Virus record (IMG/VR): IMGVR_UViG_3300044846_005371
Location: 32,001 to 96,000 of that record
Source: a virus
Length of the DNA stretch: 64,000 nt
Direction: 5' to 3' (one strand)
The position numbers and the translations under genes are program-made. How positions within the stretch are numbered: the first letter of the stretch is position 1; each line of letters starts with the position of its first letter. The notes beneath the pieces were generated by a model that was given only the letters and a program-made list of their open reading frames with translations, ran no database searches and was not told the DNA's origin. Positions 50,122-58,206 of the stretch are shown here, one piece after another.

Positions 50122-50997
50122 ATGATTATCCATAAGGCTAAAACATTTGCTGAAGCTTATAAAGAAAGTATCGAAGCAGTTTATAAAAACCCTCAATTCG
50201 TAACTAGACCTCGAGATCTAAATATCTATGAGAATACTGATGTTGCATTAGTTATTGAGGATCCTCTTTCGTGTTTATATGATAATGCAGCACGATCTTC
50301 TCAGTATAAATACATCTCTGCTGAGTTGTTATGGTATTTCATGGGAAGAAATGATGTAGCTTTCATTGAGAAATTTGCAAAATTCTGGTCCTCAATTCAA
50401 AACGAAGACGGCACAGTAAATTCATCGTACGGAAACCTTCTCTTCACTAAGAAAAATAGATATTCCCTATCTCAATACTTTTGGGCATACCAGTCACTGG
50501 TGAGAGATAAGGATTCTAGACAAGCTGTGATGCATTTTAATTTACCGGAACACCAATATGTTGGAAACAAGGATTTTGTATGCACAATGTATGGGATATT
50601 TCAAATCAGAGATAATAAGTTGAATTTAACTATATCTATGAGAAGTAATGATGCAATTTGGGGAACTCCAACCGACGTTGCTTTTTTTGCAACTCTTATG
50701 AGTCAAATGCAATATCATTTAGTATCTAGTGGAGTCTATCCAGATCTTGAACTTGGAACTTACACACATATAGCAAATTCATATCATATTTACGATAGAC
50801 ACTTTAAATTAGTTGATCAAATGTTAGAGAATGAGTTTATACCAGTCTCAATACCTGCAGTTGATTCCAACTTAATTTCACAAAATGGAGAGCCTACTTC
50901 AAGTTTACGAATATTGTTCGATCATTATTCAGAAGGAATTTCTCCAGTAAAATCAAATATTTACGCATGGATATCAAAGCATCTAGCCAACAAATAA
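50122..50997 (+). CDS. Thymidylate-synthase-fold enzyme, predicted dCMP hydroxymethylase/methylase (gp42-like)
   Basis: SRQAV, DFVCT (catalytic Cys), MRSNDAIWGTPTD with Asp at the E. coli TS Asn177 position, HIY..H. The fold call is firm; the substrate is inferred. Confidence 0.8.
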   Translation: MIIHKAKTFAEAYKESIEAVYKNPQFVTRPRDLNIYENTDVALVIEDPLSCLYDNAARSSQYKYISAELLWYFMGRNDVAFIEKFAKFWSSIQNEDGTVNSSYGNLLFTKKNRYSLSQYFWAYQSLVRDKDSRQAVMHFNLPEHQYVGNKDFVCTMYGIFQIRDNKLNLTISMRSNDAIWGTPTDVAFFATLMSQMQYHLVSSGVYPDLELGTYTHIANSYHIYDRHFKLVDQMLENEFIPVSIPAVDSNLISQNGEPTSSLRILFDHYSEGISPVKSNIYAWISKHLANK

Positions 50998-51197
50998 GAA
51001 GCAAAGTATTTTCAAAAATTGTATCAAGAATTATCGGATTCTTCATATCTGCTTTAATATGTAAGTGGTTATATGACGCTTTCTTACTTGATGTATTTAA
51101 AACAAGTATAACATACGTTGATTGGTTACTAATAAAACTAATATTAAATCTATTAAGCCCCACATTTTTCAATGTTTCATTCAACTCTGATAAGTAA
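50967..51197 (+). CDS. Small membrane protein, hypothetical
   Basis: Two hydrophobic stretches; overlaps both neighbours; start uncertain. Confidence 0.45.
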   Translation: MDIKASSQQIRSKVFSKIVSRIIGFFISALICKWLYDAFLLDVFKTSITYVDWLLIKLILNLLSPTFFNVSFNSDK

Positions 51198-51606
51198 AGA
51201 ACTAAAGTATCATTTAACATACTTAAAGATGGCTAGTGAATGGTCAACTTTATCATGTTGTGGTAGAAAGAAAGTAGGCGCCTTGATTGTCAAAGACGGT
51301 ACTATTATTTCAGATGGATTTAACGGAACGCCTAAAGGCTTTCCGAATGATTGTGAAGATGCAAATGGCGACACTCACTGGTATGTTTTGCACGCCGAAG
51401 CGAATGCATTACTTAAAGTGGCTAGATCTACTCAAAGCACTAATGGAGCAACTCTGTACGTCACAACTTCTCCGTGTAAAGAATGCAGCAAATTAATAAT
51501 TCAAGCAGGCATATCTATGGTTGTGTATAAGGAAGACTATAAGGATTTGACTGGCTTGAAAATTTTGCAAGAGGCTGGGATAAAAATTACAAAATTAGAA
51601 ATATGA
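51172..51606 (+). CDS. dCMP deaminase (ComEB/cd family)
   Basis: VGALIV, GFNG.P, HAEANA, PCKEC zinc motifs. Confidence 0.93.
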   Translation: MFHSTLISKELKYHLTYLKMASEWSTLSCCGRKKVGALIVKDGTIISDGFNGTPKGFPNDCEDANGDTHWYVLHAEANALLKVARSTQSTNGATLYVTTSPCKECSKLIIQAGISMVVYKEDYKDLTGLKILQEAGIKITKLEI

Positions 51607-52004
51607 TTGAGCCGCGCCAAGTAAATGTAATCTTCGTAAAAGAGTATAGGTATTATATTCATGCTTTTGATAAAAAAAGCAAAGAAGATTATGTTTTAAA
51701 CGTTAGCAAAATCATTAAAGAGAAATTCAACACTAAGTTCATAATACCGAATCCAGTTCAATCTTTCCTATTGAATTATGAGATTAAGAAATTACTAGAT
51801 AAAGCTATTAATATCAAAAATCAAAAGTATTCAAATATTGTGTATCTTAATTCGAACTTAACGTATTCTTCTATCATAAATACTGTTAGTTTTATGGAAG
51901 CTGAGTATTCAGACATCGAATTCAAATTTAAGTACGTTGAGCATAAGGACTTCGATGATATGATACACACTATTGATTTTTTGGAAATACTCCAATTAAA
52001 ATAA
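51603..52004 (+). CDS. Hypothetical protein
   Basis: 133 aa, ATGA-coupled to the deaminase, followed by a terminator. Confidence 0.65.
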   Translation: MIEPRQVNVIFVKEYRYYIHAFDKKSKEDYVLNVSKIIKEKFNTKFIIPNPVQSFLLNYEIKKLLDKAINIKNQKYSNIVYLNSNLTYSSIINTVSFMEAEYSDIEFKFKYVEHKDFDDMIHTIDFLEILQLK

Positions 52005-52028
52005 AAAACCCACCATTTGGTGGGTTTT
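52003..52028. terminator. Bidirectional Rho-independent terminator
   Basis: AAAAAA-CCCACC-ATTT-GGTGGG-TTTT between converging genes. Confidence 0.88.
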
Positions 52029-52046
52029 ACATTAGTAAATATTTCA

Positions 52047-52457
52047 TCAAAGGGTAAACTGTTGGTGTGACGATACTGAAACTCCTAATCTAGATAATAT
52101 GTCCCTGTTTAGAAGAACAAGAGTCTCTTTATCTGATCTGTCAGTCAACGCAACTGGTGCTTCCATCCGAACTCCTCCTATCTCTATCGTCAGCATGACA
52201 ATAGGCCTTTTATCTAGAGAGTGTCCTACTTTTGCATGGCTCCAATCTATAATATGATCTACTCTATGCTCCCCATTACATTCCCATCTAACTGAATCTC
52301 CAGCTATTTCAAGAGAATTGACACCTAATGAACTAGCTTTAGTTCCATTTCCAGTATCTAACTTAGCTGTGAATTGACCTAATCCATCTATTGTGATCAT
52401 CTCTTTCCAACCAAGTTCTTTCTCAAATAAAGAGTAGTATTTAATATACTTCATCAC
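52047..52457 (-). CDS. Retropepsin-like protease (RimK-associated, so-called ATP-dependent Zn protease family)
   Basis: AKLDTGNG, KRPIV, VALTDRS, VLLNRDIL; N-terminal KYIKYYSLFE leader. Confidence 0.7.
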   Translation of the reverse strand: MMKYIKYYSLFEKELGWKEMITIDGLGQFTAKLDTGNGTKASSLGVNSLEIAGDSVRWECNGEHRVDHIIDWSHAKVGHSLDKRPIVMLTIEIGGVRMEAPVALTDRSDKETLVLLNRDILSRLGVSVSSHQQFTL

Positions 52458-52486
52458 GATAGCTATGAAAACTTTACATTAAGCTT

Positions 52487-53158
52487 TTAGAAATCATCTT
52501 CAAAATAGTCTTCGTCCTCATCTCCTTCTTCTCCACCTAAAAGCAGTCTTTCAATTTCCCTAATTTCAGCAGCACTCGGCTCTCTATCAGTAGAATAATT
52601 AGAAGAAGTATCTTCATCGTCATTTGCTAAATCATCGAAGTCGTCTTCTAAGTATTCATCTTCATCTGACATTGCTTCAATCTTGTCCCAACTCATAGGC
52701 TTAACATCATATTCTTTCATGCCTAATGGATTTGCACCAGTTGCTAATTCAGCATCACTGTACTCTTCTTCTGGCATGTCTTGTTCATTCACAAATTGTG
52801 AGAATTTCGAATATGCTTTACCTTCGTTCATTTTAGCTTTCTTTTTTGCTGCTTTTCTTTCCATTGCATCTTCTAGATCAACTACTGGAATACCCATCAT
52901 TTCATGGTCGTAATCAAAAGCATCTTGACCTTCTTGCTTATACACTAAGTCATGAGTCATTGCTTTGTATGTTGAATCATAGTGATCTCCAAACATTGGA
53001 TCTCTCTTTACTACACGGCGATATCCGTTTAGTTTTTCTTCTTTTCCTACCTTTGTTTTAGGTTTAGCTGAAGAGGGTCCACCGAATCCAGGTTTACTTA
53101 GGTCCATATATGAATCCATATCGTGAAGGTCTCTTCTTTTAGGGTTAAAAATGTCCAT
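52487..53158 (-). CDS. Acidic hypothetical protein, putative head/scaffold-associated
   Basis: Very Asp/Glu-rich C-terminus; internal KMNE-GKAYSKFSQFVNE motif. Confidence 0.7.
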   Translation of the reverse strand: MDIFNPKRRDLHDMDSYMDLSKPGFGGPSSAKPKTKVGKEEKLNGYRRVVKRDPMFGDHYDSTYKAMTHDLVYKQEGQDAFDYDHEMMGIPVVDLEDAMERKAAKKKAKMNEGKAYSKFSQFVNEQDMPEEEYSDAELATGANPLGMKEYDVKPMSWDKIEAMSDEDEYLEDDFDDLANDDEDTSSNYSTDREPSAAEIREIERLLLGGEEGDEDEDYFEDDF

Positions 53159-53176
53159 TTTCTACTCTAGATTATT

Positions 53177-53752
53177 TTAGATTTCAATTTGACCTATTCT
53201 AGTCTCTACATACGAATCACAACGGAACTTAAGACCAGTAATTTTGTAGATTTCGTTATCTGTGTAGTTTAGATCCATTGCTGTGATTGGCGCTTCCAAG
53301 TAAGCTGGTTTAAATCTAAATTCTCTATAAATTTGTCCAGCTTTATTAAATACTCCAACATATATTTCACCAACATAGTCTTTTTTCAAACCTTGGCGAC
53401 CATTTAGTGGATCGTAGATTAAATCTGCCCAAGCACGAAGAGTATTGTAAACATACATGCTATTATCTTCATTTAAGTTAACTTCAAAGTCCATGTTCAA
53501 AGTAACTGAAGTTGCTTCTGGCATACCTCCAACAAATGTTCTTTCAGCAAATTTGTAGAACTGCTTTACAATTGTACCAGTTCCTGCTTTTTCAGGAAGT
53601 CCTGTAATTTTAGTAACATGTTCAACTAAAAGATTCACATTATCTGTGATTGTTGCAGGCGGAGTTATAATTACTTCAAACTGATTCTTAAATAAAGGTT
53701 CGTAGTAATTACGTGCAGCTTGCGAATTATTCCAATGCGGTAAACCGGCCAT
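53177..53752 (-). CDS. Tail tube protein, gp19-like
   Basis: YEPLFKNQFEVII, LRAWADLIYDPLNG, KKDYVG, MDLNYT, F.CD motifs; late motif upstream. Confidence 0.85.
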   Translation of the reverse strand: MAGLPHWNNSQAARNYYEPLFKNQFEVIITPPATITDNVNLLVEHVTKITGLPEKAGTGTIVKQFYKFAERTFVGGMPEATSVTLNMDFEVNLNEDNSMYVYNTLRAWADLIYDPLNGRQGLKKDYVGEIYVGVFNKAGQIYREFRFKPAYLEAPITAMDLNYTDNEIYKITGLKFRCDSYVETRIGQIEI

Positions 53753-53765
53753 CTATCTTTGATTA

Positions 53766-53779
53766 TTTTTATTATTTAT
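53766..53779 (-). promoter_or_regulatory. Putative late promoter ATAAATAATAAAAA
   Basis: Exact 14-mer upstream of the tail tube ATG (53752). Confidence 0.75.
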
Positions 53780-53787
53780 CTAGTGAG

Positions 53788-54606
53788 TTATTCGCTTTCT
53801 TCCATATCATCTTCCTTATCAGAAGGTTTGTTTGAAAGAATCTCTTTATCTTTTCTTGCACCAAATATTGAATTAGGATCTGCTTGTGATATAGAAGCGA
53901 CTTCAGCGGATCTACTAGTAAAAGTTTCAGCAGACACTCTATCTCCACGATAATTCAAAACAAGTGATGGAATAATCGTTTGAAATATGATTTCTTCTTT
54001 ATTTTCAACAGGATCGTATGCCTTTATTTGAGAAATTGGAATTTCACTAGAATTATCAACATTTATGCTTATTCCTGGACCTGTGGCCTTCAGCTTAAAT
54101 GAATTCCAACTATCTATGCTCTTTCCATCAAGTTCATCCACCATTCCAGTAGAAAGTTTCAATACTATATTAGGATTTCCAGAATCTAATCCACTTGTTG
54201 ATACTTCTCGTAATACTACGTGATCAGTAATTAACTGAACATCAAACGTAACATCATTGAAATACTTCTTGTTTATTTCTTCCTTATTTGCATGATCTTT
54301 AGACATTTCCCTAGCGTATTCTACACTAATCATTTCCTTTATCTTCTCAGAAGCAAGATCAAATTTTCTTTTCAATAAGGATACTTCACTTAAAATATAA
54401 TATGTCGACGTTGCATACGCCTCAGTGTAATTCATGTCAGGAAAAACATCAACTTGATGAAGTTTTGCTAAAATTTTAGATTGATCGAAGAATGTCGAGC
54501 CATTTACTATCTTCCAAGACAGATCATGGCTTATAATGGCTTGAAAAACAAAACCACCGTCCTTTGCACTAGTCTCATCATAGTAACTCGATTCAAAAAG
54601 TTTCAT
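53788..54606 (-). CDS. Hypothetical protein, putative virion protein
   Basis: 272 aa starting MKLFE, in a late cluster. Confidence 0.65.
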   Translation of the reverse strand: MKLFESSYYDETSAKDGGFVFQAIISHDLSWKIVNGSTFFDQSKILAKLHQVDVFPDMNYTEAYATSTYYILSEVSLLKRKFDLASEKIKEMISVEYAREMSKDHANKEEINKKYFNDVTFDVQLITDHVVLREVSTSGLDSGNPNIVLKLSTGMVDELDGKSIDSWNSFKLKATGPGISINVDNSSEIPISQIKAYDPVENKEEIIFQTIIPSLVLNYRGDRVSAETFTSRSAEVASISQADPNSIFGARKDKEILSNKPSDKEDDMEESE

Positions 54607-54863
54607 TAATCTTCGTTTGCGTCTCTTGTTCTGGTGTAGTTTTTCCAGATCTCATTATAAATGTTGCAAGAAGCTCCCAAGAAGTTAACAATTCCGACGT
54701 ATTTTTTCTTCTTTTCGCCGTCCATGTTAGCGATCTTAACGCCGAGCTTCTTAGCATCATTGATCGTTAGCTCCTCCTTAGGATCCTTTCCAACAAGTTT
54801 TTTCAACTCTCCCTTTTTCTCCAGAATAGAGAATTTGTTAAAGTTTGTGATAGCTCTTTTCAT
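54606..54863 (-). CDS. Small basic protein, putative internal head protein
   Basis: MKRAITNFNKFSILE leader; Lys-rich. Confidence 0.65.
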   Translation of the reverse strand: MKRAITNFNKFSILEKKGELKKLVGKDPKEELTINDAKKLGVKIANMDGEKKKKYVGIVNFLGASCNIYNEIWKNYTRTRDANED

Positions 54864-54875
54864 TATCTTAAGGAA

Positions 54876-55097
54876 TTATTTTCCTACAATATTCTTCTTC
54901 TTAACTGTGTTAAGATACTGCTTAGTGTACTTGTCAAGAGCAGCTGTTCCCTTTCCTTTAACGTCAGAAAGTTCTTGCTTCACTTTGGCAGTTCCATTAG
55001 CATCTTTTGCTGCAACATTAGCTTTTGCTCTATATCCAGCCTCAGCCTTTTTAAAAGCAGCCATGAATTGGTTGTAATTCATTACAGGATTGCTCAT
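54876..55097 (-). CDS. Small Ala/Lys-rich protein, putative internal DNA-binding protein
   Basis: MSNPVMNYNQF leader; first gene after an exact late motif. Confidence 0.65.
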   Translation of the reverse strand: MSNPVMNYNQFMAAFKKAEAGYRAKANVAAKDANGTAKVKQELSDVKGKGTAALDKYTKQYLNTVKKKNIVGK

Positions 55098-55108
55098 CTC
55101 TATTCGAT

Positions 55109-55122
55109 TTTTTATTATTTAT
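55109..55122 (-). promoter_or_regulatory. Putative late promoter ATAAATAATAAAAA
   Basis: Exact 14-mer upstream of ATG 55097. Confidence 0.72.
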
Positions 55123-55166
55123 CTGAATTGTTTTGTAGAATTTAAGTATATTAGCTAAAAAAGATT

Positions 55167-55367
55167 ATGCAAATTTTACTCTGGATTCATATTGATTCCC
55201 TTGAAGACTTAAATCATGTGATTACTTACGGGTTCTTGAAAAGAGAGAATGGAACAATTTTCATATATCATTCTAGCCAAAGCTCTGAACACGTGTGTGT
55301 CAGTATCCCATATTCTACATACTTAGACATTATCAATAACCCTAATTGTCAATCAATCGATGCCTGA
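55167..55367 (+). CDS. Hypothetical protein
   Basis: 66 aa, first gene of a rightward operon, preceded by AAGTATATT. Confidence 0.5.
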   Translation: MQILLWIHIDSLEDLNHVITYGFLKRENGTIFIYHSSQSSEHVCVSIPYSTYLDIINNPNCQSIDA

Positions 55368-56145
55368 ACTTGCCGAAGTTAAAATTACATCAGAACAGAT
55401 CAATTCACTATGTGAAGATCTAATTTTCAAAAAAATTCTAAAGTCGCCTGAAACCAAAGTAAAGACTGATCTCTACTGTGAATTTGACCAGTTTAGAATA
55501 AAGGCAGTTAGTCGAGGCAAAGAATTGCAACTCACCCTATCTGAGGTTGGGACTCCAAATTCAAAAAAGATGATAATTACTTTGGGAATGAGCGGTTATT
55601 TTGTAATGTCAAATGACTGGCCAAAACACGCTCATCTTAAATTTGAATCAGAAAGTGGAAGTCTCTACTTTGTTGATGTTCGTAGATTTGGAAAATGGAA
55701 ATGGTCAACCTGGTCCAGTAATAGAGGTCCATGCGTACTAACTGAGTTCAATTCTTTCTCCGAAAACGTACTATCTAATATTAGTAAAAAAGAATTTGAG
55801 AAGCCCATCTATGAAGTTATGATGAATCAAAGATACTTTAATGGAATTGGCAACTATCTTAGGGCTGAGATCTTAAATCGATTAGATATAAATCCGTTTC
55901 AGTCCGCTCGTGAATATATTCTAGCTTCTACTAATTTCTTAGAGATGTGTCATCGAATAGTCTATGAATCATACATTTTAGGAGGAGGTCAACTTAAAGA
56001 TTGGCAAAATCCATTCAACGTTCCAGTAAACGGCTTTTCTGAATGGCTCACATGCTATTCAATCGGGGATAAGCTACTTGACAGAAATGGAAGAACTTTT
56101 TGGTTCAATCCAAAGTGGAAACCGCAAACTTTATTAATTTCTTGA
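55360..56145 (+). CDS. Fpg/Nei-family DNA glycosylase/AP lyase, NEIL1-like with zincless finger
   Basis: MPELAEV (catalytic Pro-Glu), RGK, LGMSG, DVRRFG, H2TH NQRYFNGIGNYLRAEIL, DRNGRTFWF; no C4 zinc finger. Confidence 0.9.
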   Translation: MPELAEVKITSEQINSLCEDLIFKKILKSPETKVKTDLYCEFDQFRIKAVSRGKELQLTLSEVGTPNSKKMIITLGMSGYFVMSNDWPKHAHLKFESESGSLYFVDVRRFGKWKWSTWSSNRGPCVLTEFNSFSENVLSNISKKEFEKPIYEVMMNQRYFNGIGNYLRAEILNRLDINPFQSAREYILASTNFLEMCHRIVYESYILGGGQLKDWQNPFNVPVNGFSEWLTCYSIGDKLLDRNGRTFWFNPKWKPQTLLIS

Positions 56146-56158
56146 GTATAATACTAAT

Positions 56159-56614
56159 ATGAAGCACTCAATTTACTTAGATGACATCCGAACTCCAGTC
56201 GATAAGAGATGGACAGTTGTTAGAAACTATGACGAGTTTGTTGAAAAGGTCAAGGAACTTGGCTTGGAAAATATTTCATCAATATCTCTAGATCATGATC
56301 TTGGAGAAACTGCGATGATTGAATACTACACAAACGTTTCTCCAAATTACCAGTTGGACTACTCTCATATTGAGGAAAAAACAGGATATGATTGTGCTAA
56401 ATGGCTAGTTAATCATTATTATGAGCTCTTTCCAGAAAAAAGAGAACGTCCTCGACAAGCTATTGTTTTTCCACAAGTCGTTGTTCACTCTGCAAATCCA
56501 ATCGGCTCTGCAAACATGATGGGATATATCAACAATTTCCTAATGAACGAACACCAGCCTCAAACTTGCGCAAGAGTGAGAATAGAACACACAATTGAAA
56601 CTCAAGTAGATTAA
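56159..56614 (+). CDS. Cyclic-phosphate-processing receiver-domain protein
   Basis: IYLDDIR, ISLDHDLG, TGYDCAKWL, VHSANPIG. Confidence 0.75.
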   Translation: MKHSIYLDDIRTPVDKRWTVVRNYDEFVEKVKELGLENISSISLDHDLGETAMIEYYTNVSPNYQLDYSHIEEKTGYDCAKWLVNHYYELFPEKRERPRQAIVFPQVVVHSANPIGSANMMGYINNFLMNEHQPQTCARVRIEHTIETQVD

Positions 56615-58203
56615 TGTCAAAAGTAAAACTTGAGTTTAAACCTCGCGAAGAACAAGTAAAAATACTTGATTTTGTCAAGTCTTCAGTAAAGGATAAGAAG
56701 AAATTCATGCTTATTGATGCTCCAACTGGCGTTGGTAAATCATATGCAGCTATGATGATTTCTGAATGGTACACTCGTGAAGTTGCCCCAAAAGGTAAAG
56801 TAGATATTCTAACGAATAGCAAACTTTTGCAAGACCAATACGTCAAAGACTTTAAATTTCTCGCAAATCTTAAAGGTAAGGATAACTATTGGTGCCGAAC
56901 TAATCAGATGAGTTGTGGTGAAGCATCGATACTTAATAAAGCGACTAACAAGAGCTGCCAAGCGTGTTCCCACAAGATTGCCCAAAGCCATTTTGTTAGA
57001 AATGAAGTAAGCTTAACTAATTTTCATCTTATAACCGCCTACTCCATGTATTCTCCTGAAATACTTGGAGATCGTGGTGCAAATTTGCTAATTGTAGATG
57101 AAGCTCATGGCTTTGAAGAAACTTTTTGTGATTTTATCTCATCAACTTTTTCTGAAAGAAGCCTAAAGGCTTTAGATATTTGGGAATATTGGATGGAGAA
57201 AGATCTTGAGAAAATTCAAAATATCGCTGAGTTAGCTGAATATGTTTCCAAGACAATAATTCCAATGATGTCATCCAAAATAGCTTCGAACATTGATGAA
57301 GCTAAAGAGACTCGAGGAAAAAAGAAAAAGCTTGATCTTGTGAAGAAAGCAGATCACCTTGATAAGTCAATGTGTAAGTACAATCGTTTTATTAATGATC
57401 GAGAAAGCCATTCAACCAATTGGTCATTTGAAAAGGATCTAGATGCAAATGGAAAGATTAGGCTACTAGTTGAACCTATTTGGGGAAATCAATATCTTGA
57501 TGAAACATTTTGGCAGCAGTACGATCATGTGATCTTTATGTCAGGCACAATATTAGATCAAGACTTATTTAGTTTCCTAATGGGATATGATGTCGAGAAC
57601 TCTTCATACTTAGCTCTTCCCTGTCCATTTGATGCTGCAAAAAGACCAATTATTTACTTGAAATTTGGTAAAATGTCCTATTATCAAAAGGAAGAGAGCT
57701 TCAAAAGAGCAGTTCCAATTATCAATAAAATTCTTGAAAAGAATGCGACAAATAAGGGAATTATCCATAGTGGTAACTATGAATTTAGTCGTAGAATTGA
57801 GTCTTCAATAAAAAATCCTAGGCTAATTGTTCATGAATCTAAAACCAGAGAAGAATCTCTAAGTTTACATATCAGATCCGAGCAAGAAACTGTGATAGTT
57901 TCTCCATCTATGATAAATGGAATAGACTTGAAGGATGATTTATCTAGGTTCCAAGTAATATTAAAGGTGCCATTTCCTAACTTAATCAGTAAGAAGATTA
58001 AGAAGAGATTGGAAACCAACTCAGAATGGTATTCTTGGAAAACACTAGTTGATATTCTACAAGCTTATGGAAGATCCATCCGAAATGATCAAGACTGGGC
58101 AGAAACTTACATTCTAGATGAATGCTTCGATCAAGTATTAAATAATCAAAGCTTGCCTCAATATTTTAAGGAAGCTTTAAAGATTAAAAAATTACCAAAG
58201 TAA
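56614..58203 (+). CDS. DinG/XPD-family SF2 helicase
   Basis: PREEQ Q-motif, APTGVGKS, four Cys (WC..C..C..C), DEAH, MSGT, GIDL, KVPFP, QAYGRSIR. Confidence 0.9.
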   Translation: MSKVKLEFKPREEQVKILDFVKSSVKDKKKFMLIDAPTGVGKSYAAMMISEWYTREVAPKGKVDILTNSKLLQDQYVKDFKFLANLKGKDNYWCRTNQMSCGEASILNKATNKSCQACSHKIAQSHFVRNEVSLTNFHLITAYSMYSPEILGDRGANLLIVDEAHGFEETFCDFISSTFSERSLKALDIWEYWMEKDLEKIQNIAELAEYVSKTIIPMMSSKIASNIDEAKETRGKKKKLDLVKKADHLDKSMCKYNRFINDRESHSTNWSFEKDLDANGKIRLLVEPIWGNQYLDETFWQQYDHVIFMSGTILDQDLFSFLMGYDVENSSYLALPCPFDAAKRPIIYLKFGKMSYYQKEESFKRAVPIINKILEKNATNKGIIHSGNYEFSRRIESSIKNPRLIVHESKTREESLSLHIRSEQETVIVSPSMINGIDLKDDLSRFQVILKVPFPNLISKKIKKRLETNSEWYSWKTLVDILQAYGRSIRNDQDWAETYILDECFDQVLNNQSLPQYFKEALKIKKLPK

Positions 58204-58206
58204 AGT

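Noticed and set aside
50122-50997. Annotation as ordinary thymidylate synthase (thyA)
   Set aside because: Asp rather than Asn at the specificity position and T4 gp42-like DFxCT/MRSND motifs; thyA is not supported without an assay.
51522-51530. DnaA-box match TGTGTATAA
   Set aside because: Single copy inside the dCMP deaminase coding sequence; I saw no cluster of boxes, so chance is likely.
36537-52024. Two terminators share the core CCATTTGG (one in each orientation)
   Set aside because: Only two instances with different outer stems; not enough to claim a repeat family.
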